A DNA stretch of 64,000 nt from Synechococcales cyanobacterium CRU_2_2 (GTDB lineage: Bacteria; Cyanobacteriota; Cyanobacteriia; PCC-9006; JAAUQQ01): contig JAAUOP010000001.1 in assembly GCA_012034805.1 (NCBI GenBank), forward strand, positions 38,843 through 102,842, given 5' to 3'. The notes below the pieces were generated by a model. It saw only the letters and a program-made list of their open reading frames with translations. It searched no databases and had not been told where the DNA came from. The position numbers and the translations under genes were made by a program. Each line of letters starts with the position of its first letter. Position 1 is the first letter of the stretch. Shown here one piece after another: positions 59,991 through 64,000 of the stretch.

Positions 59991-60253
59991 GTCTGGATGT
60001 GAAAGGTGTGAGTATTGAAGGTGTAGGAGTGAAAGATGATAGAGGGAGAACGTCTAAGCAGAATTGCCATTGTAATGTAGCAGTTTTGGCTACGGCCTTG
60101 CCTGTTCTGGCTATCTCGGGCTGGGTCCTCGAGCGTGACCTACCCCATGGCCCATCCCGCTGCCGCCCGTCGATCCCAAAAGATGCACTCTCCCCTTGGG
60201 CAGCGCTAGACTGGGTGAGGTATTTATTTTCTTTCCTCCAATCTCATTAGGCT

Positions 60254-62448
60254 ATGAAACGTTCTTGGCGACGCAGTGGGCCGCAAGGCCAAAGGACTCA
60301 GCAATCGGAGCGTGACGGGATGCGTCGTATCAAGTCAGTGGCTATCCACGCCCAGATCCAAGGAAGTACCCAGGGAAAGATGATTCGATCTAAGGCCTCA
60401 GTATTAGGAGCCGCGCTGGGGTGGATGATTTTGCAGGGGTTGAGTGGTGCGGCGATCGCCCAAACCCTTGAGGGCAAGACCCCCGATCCAACACAACAGG
60501 TTGCGCCCCAACTGGAAGCGGCTCAAACGCCGCCGGTTAACCCAACCACCCCCGCCCAAGCCCCAGTCACGCCCAGCGGCACCGAGCCCAGCGCGGAACC
60601 CAGCGCTGCTCCTGCGGCTAGGGACAAGACCATCCCCAAGGCAACCCAAGCTGCGGCAGAGAGCGGCATCAGTTATAGCCAACTGCTCCAAGACATTGAC
60701 GCCAAACGGGTCAAATCTGTCAAATACGACCCCGTTCAAGACTTGGCTCAGGTGGTCTATCGGAATAAGCCCAGCCAGTCGGTTACCGTAGCGCTGCCCA
60801 ATGGCGTTAGCGAACTCTACAATGCCGATCGCATCCAATCCTCCGGCGTTGAATTCGACATTGCTCCGACCGACGACAACAGCGACAAGCTCGTTCTGCT
60901 GGCGAATTTGCTACTATTTTTGATTCTGATCGTCGCAGTGATGATGATTATTCGACGTTCAGCCGGGGCTGCCAACCAGGCCATGAGCTTCGGGAAATCC
61001 AAGGCTCGCTTTCAAATGGAAGCCAAGACCGGTGTGATGTTTGATGACGTGGCGGGCGTCGAGGAAGCCAAGGAAGAATTGGCCGAGGTGGTGTCGTTTC
61101 TCAAGCTGCCCGAGAAGTTCACGGCCATTGGAGCCAAGATTCCCAAGGGTATGTTGCTGGTAGGGCCACCGGGAACAGGCAAGACGCTGCTGGCAAAAGC
61201 GATCGCCGGTGAGGCCGGTGTCCCCTTTTTCAGCATTTCGGGTTCAGAATTTGTCGAAATGTTCGTAGGCGTCGGTGCTTCCCGTGTCCGTGATCTGTTC
61301 AAAAAGGCCAAGGAAAATCGCCCCTGTCTCATCTTCATTGACGAAATCGACGCTGTGGGACGCCAGCGCGGCACCGGCATCGGTGGCGGCAATGACGAGC
61401 GTGAACAAACCCTCAACCAGCTCCTGACGGAGATGGACGGCTTCGAGGACAACGCAGGCATTATCATCATCGCGGCGACCAACCGACCGGATGTGCTCGA
61501 CTCGGCACTACTGCGGCCAGGACGCTTCGATCGCCAAGTCGTGGTTGATTTGCCCAGTCGCGAAGGCCGCCTCGGCATCCTCAAAGTCCATGCTCGCACC
61601 AAAAAGCTAGCCGACGACATTTCCCTCGAAACCATCGCCCGCACGACTCCCGGTTTTTCCGGTGCGGATTTGGCCAACTTGCTGAATGAAGCTGCGATTC
61701 TGACAGCCCGGCGGCGCAAGGAGGCCATCACGATGCTAGAGGTGAGTGATGCCATCGACCGGCTCACCATTGGCCTGACCCTAACACCGCTGCTAGATGG
61801 CAACAAAAGCGCCTCCTGGCCTACCACGAGGTCGGCCACGCCTTACTCATGACCGTACTCAAGCACACAGATCCCCTCGACAAGGTGACGATTATTCCAC
61901 GTTCCGGGGGCATTGGTGGGTTTGCCAAGCCCATTCCCAATGACGAGGGTCTCCAAACCCGTGCTTGGTTCCTCGACAACTTGATTATGTACATGGGCGG
62001 TCGAGCAGCCGAGCGGGTGGTCTTTGGCAGTGACGAGATTACCCAAGGAGCCCAGGGAGACATCAAAGCTGTGACCGACATGGCTCGCAAAATGGTGACG
62101 CTCTATGGCATGTCAGCCCTGGGGCCGGTGGCTCTCGAGGGCAGTGGCGGTGAGGTCTTTGTGGGGGGTGGTCTGATGAGTTCTCGGCCCAACTATTCCG
62201 AAGAGAGTGCGGTGCAGATCGATCGCCAGGTGCGGGCCTATGCCATGCAGGGCTACGAAAAGGCCTGCGCTATCTTGGGCGAGCATCGGGAGCTGATGGA
62301 TCGGCTGGTGGATGCGCTGGTGGAGCAGGAGGTGATGGAGGGTGAAGACTTCCGGCAAATTGTGGCGGAATATACCGTAGTCCCTGAAAAAGAAGGGGTG
62401 ACGGAGCGACAAGGGGCAGGGGCGATCGCAATCCAATCTCCCTCATAA
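60254..62448 (+). CDS. ftsH: ATP-dependent zinc metalloprotease FtsH; frameshift near 61803-61810; start uncertain (60254, 60320 or 60380)
   Basis: Two TM, then AAA module [23 protein letters not shown] (Walker A), [14 protein letters not shown] (Walker B), SRH; zinc site ...AYHEVGHAL lies across the frame break (ORF 61849..62448 continues [21 protein letters not shown]). Confidence 0.85.
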
Positions 62449-62616
62449 CCCAATCTTGATTCGGAAGCCGGAATAAACTGAGCTGAAGAACGAGAATTAA
62501 ATCGGACGGTAGTCATCACGTAGAAACTGCTGTTCGTCCGGCGAAGCTTAGAGTCATAGCCCACCGCCGGACGAACACAGCTTACCTCTACGGGATGCGC
62601 GCCTTCAAACCAACCG

Positions 62617-62658
62617 GTCTAAGGTCGCGAGTCTAAGGTCATGAGTCTAAGGTCGCGA
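62617..62658. repeat. Tandem repeat, 14 bp x3, just downstream of the cpcD stop
   Basis: gtctaaggtcgcga / gtctaaggtcatga / gtctaaggtcgcga. Confidence 0.7.
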
Positions 62659-62671
62659 TCGCAATCAAACA

Positions 62672-62950
62672 CTAATCGCCCGCAGATGCTTCCTCAGCAT
62701 TTGCGGGCAATTCCTGGCCCGCGCTCGTTGCTTGGATACCCACGATTTTGCCGCCCAGACGAGTAATGCGACGCATTTCCTCATTCATGCGGTTGTAAGG
62801 CACTGAAATTAAAACAGTGCCGCTGGCCCGAATCGCGTGGTCAGACTGATCAGACTGATCGGTTTGCCGGAGTCCTTCAACCTCATAGAGAAACAAACGA
62901 TGATTTGAGGCAGAAGATGAGGCTTGGGTCAAGGCAGATTGTCCTAGCAT
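62672..62950 (-). CDS. cpcD: Phycobilisome small rod-capping linker CpcD (LR, about 9-10 kDa)
   Basis: MLGQSALTQASSSASNHRLFLYEVEGLRQTDQSDQSDHAIRASGTVLISVPYNRMNEEMRRITRLGGKIVGIQ is a CpcD-domain consensus. Confidence 0.8.
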   Translation of the reverse strand: MLGQSALTQASSSASNHRLFLYEVEGLRQTDQSDQSDHAIRASGTVLISVPYNRMNEEMRRITRLGGKIVGIQATSAGQELPANAEEASAGD

Positions 62951-63042
62951 ATCGCTCCTGGCGGCTTGCGCCGACTAAGGTTTCTCTCAAGAATTCGGGC
63001 CTTTAAAAACTGGTTTTCCAGAATCTCAATGCCCGGAATGGG

Positions 63043-63912
63043 TCACTGCGCCAGGGTGACGCTGGCGACTTTTCCGCCCATGCGATTGACCTTTTGAAGG
63101 GTATTGGAAAGTTCCTCGTAGGGAACAATAAAGACCCGATTACTGCGGCGCACTTTGGGATAGCGAGGCAAGGAGAGTGCTGCGACTTCAACCCGGTAGA
63201 GATTTCGAGAAGCACCCGTGGAGGACTGACCAAATACCCGCTTGAGGGGAAGTTTTTGGCCAGAGGGCTGATAGGCAAAGCCCGCGCCCCCCCCCGAAGG
63301 TGCGACCACAGCGGAAGGACTGTTTTTGGCCAGATCGGCTGCCAAGTGGGATGAGGCTCCGGCGAGTTGGGCGCGATCGCTATTGGCATAGCCCCGATAA
63401 AGCTGGAACATGCGTGGAAATCCAACGGTTTTCTGGGAGGTTTGAGTCGAAAAACCGCGATAGTAAGGCACGATCGATTCGCCAAAGTTGGCGAGATATT
63501 CATCGGAATCGATGTAAGAATCAATATCCGCCTCGAAGCCTTGGGTTTGATAGCGATCGAGGTGATCAATCACCTCCGATTCGTCGTAGGGGGCACGCCC
63601 CAGCAAATGCTTGAGATTAAGCTCAATCACCCGCGTTTGAAAATGGGGATACAAAAACTTCCGCTTATACAATTCAGACTTAGCCAAAGCCCGGACAAAT
63701 TCACGTACGGTCAGCTGGCCATTACAGAGCAAAGATTCCAAGCTGACTAACCGCTCGGAGTTCATGATGTAATCGTTGCCCAGTACATGACGATAGGCCG
63801 CCTGAATGGCTGCCTTAGCCTCTTGCGCAGACCAGTCAGGCCGCAGCTCGACCGGGCTCGTGTCTGAAAACGCACTTGTTCCTAAACGGGATGCTCCAGT
63901 TGTGATTGCCAC
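63043..63912 (-). CDS. cpcC: Phycocyanin-associated rod linker CpcC (LR about 33 kDa)
   Basis: [25 protein letters not shown]...[16 protein letters not shown]...[31 protein letters not shown] (PBS-linker domain) plus a CpcD-like C-terminal domain; AAGGAGAAGG RBS. Confidence 0.9.
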   Translation of the reverse strand: MAITTGASRLGTSAFSDTSPVELRPDWSAQEAKAAIQAAYRHVLGNDYIMNSERLVSLESLLCNGQLTVREFVRALAKSELYKRKFLYPHFQTRVIELNLKHLLGRAPYDESEVIDHLDRYQTQGFEADIDSYIDSDEYLANFGESIVPYYRGFSTQTSQKTVGFPRMFQLYRGYANSDRAQLAGASSHLAADLAKNSPSAVVAPSGGGAGFAYQPSGQKLPLKRVFGQSSTGASRNLYRVEVAALSLPRYPKVRRSNRVFIVPYEELSNTLQKVNRMGGKVASVTLAQ

Positions 63913-64000
63913 AGATCCTTCTCCTTATTGCGGTAAATAAACTATACAGGTAGGACGCTGAGCACCCGTGCTCCGCGCTGGTTGAGGCGTTGTAACGTTG

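Noticed and set aside
63913-64000. Partial cpcA/cpcB 3' end upstream of cpcC at the window edge
   Set aside because: Fewer than 20 codons are available and no frame matches the phycocyanin alpha C-terminus convincingly. It cannot be called.

Overview
This window is a cyanobacterial chromosomal segment of about 58-60% GC, with the HIP1 octamer GCGATCGC present many dozens of times. It is dominated by core photosynthesis and energy operons: psaA-psaB (photosystem I, minus strand), apcE-apcA-apcB-apcC (allophycocyanin core, minus), atp1-atpI-atpH-atpG-atpF-atpD-atpA-atpC (F0F1 ATP synthase, plus), and cpcC-cpcD (phycocyanin rod linkers, minus, at the window end). Housekeeping genes include a response regulator/CHASE2 kinase pair, adenosine kinase, rpsU, an RRM protein, cbiG-cobJ, cbiX, thrC, a site-2 protease, ndhD, an HLIP, a GST-like reductase, an exonuclease, an M16 peptidase, a fructosamine kinase, mutY, moeB, miaB, glnB, queF, ccs1, ccdA, ftsW, an M20 amidohydrolase and ftsH. 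Three things stand out. (i) At least ten genes, including the essential psaA, psaB, apcE and ftsH, are each split by a single-base indel in a short homopolymer; I read this as a systematic sequencing/assembly error profile, not pseudogenisation. (ii) A roughly 1,050-aa secreted or lipoprotein-like protein with a PEVK-like Pro/Glu/Val/Lys repeat region and a recurring F-W-[KQ]-[RA]-F motif sits divergent from psaAB. (iii) A roughly 1,040-aa membrane-anchored NACHT (STAND) NTPase fused to an FGE-sulfatase domain is a candidate defence or signalling protein. A recurring class of 11-26 bp tandem direct repeats, 2-7 copies each, sits at or next to gene termini and in intergenic spacers. I found no CRISPR array, rRNA or convincing tRNA.
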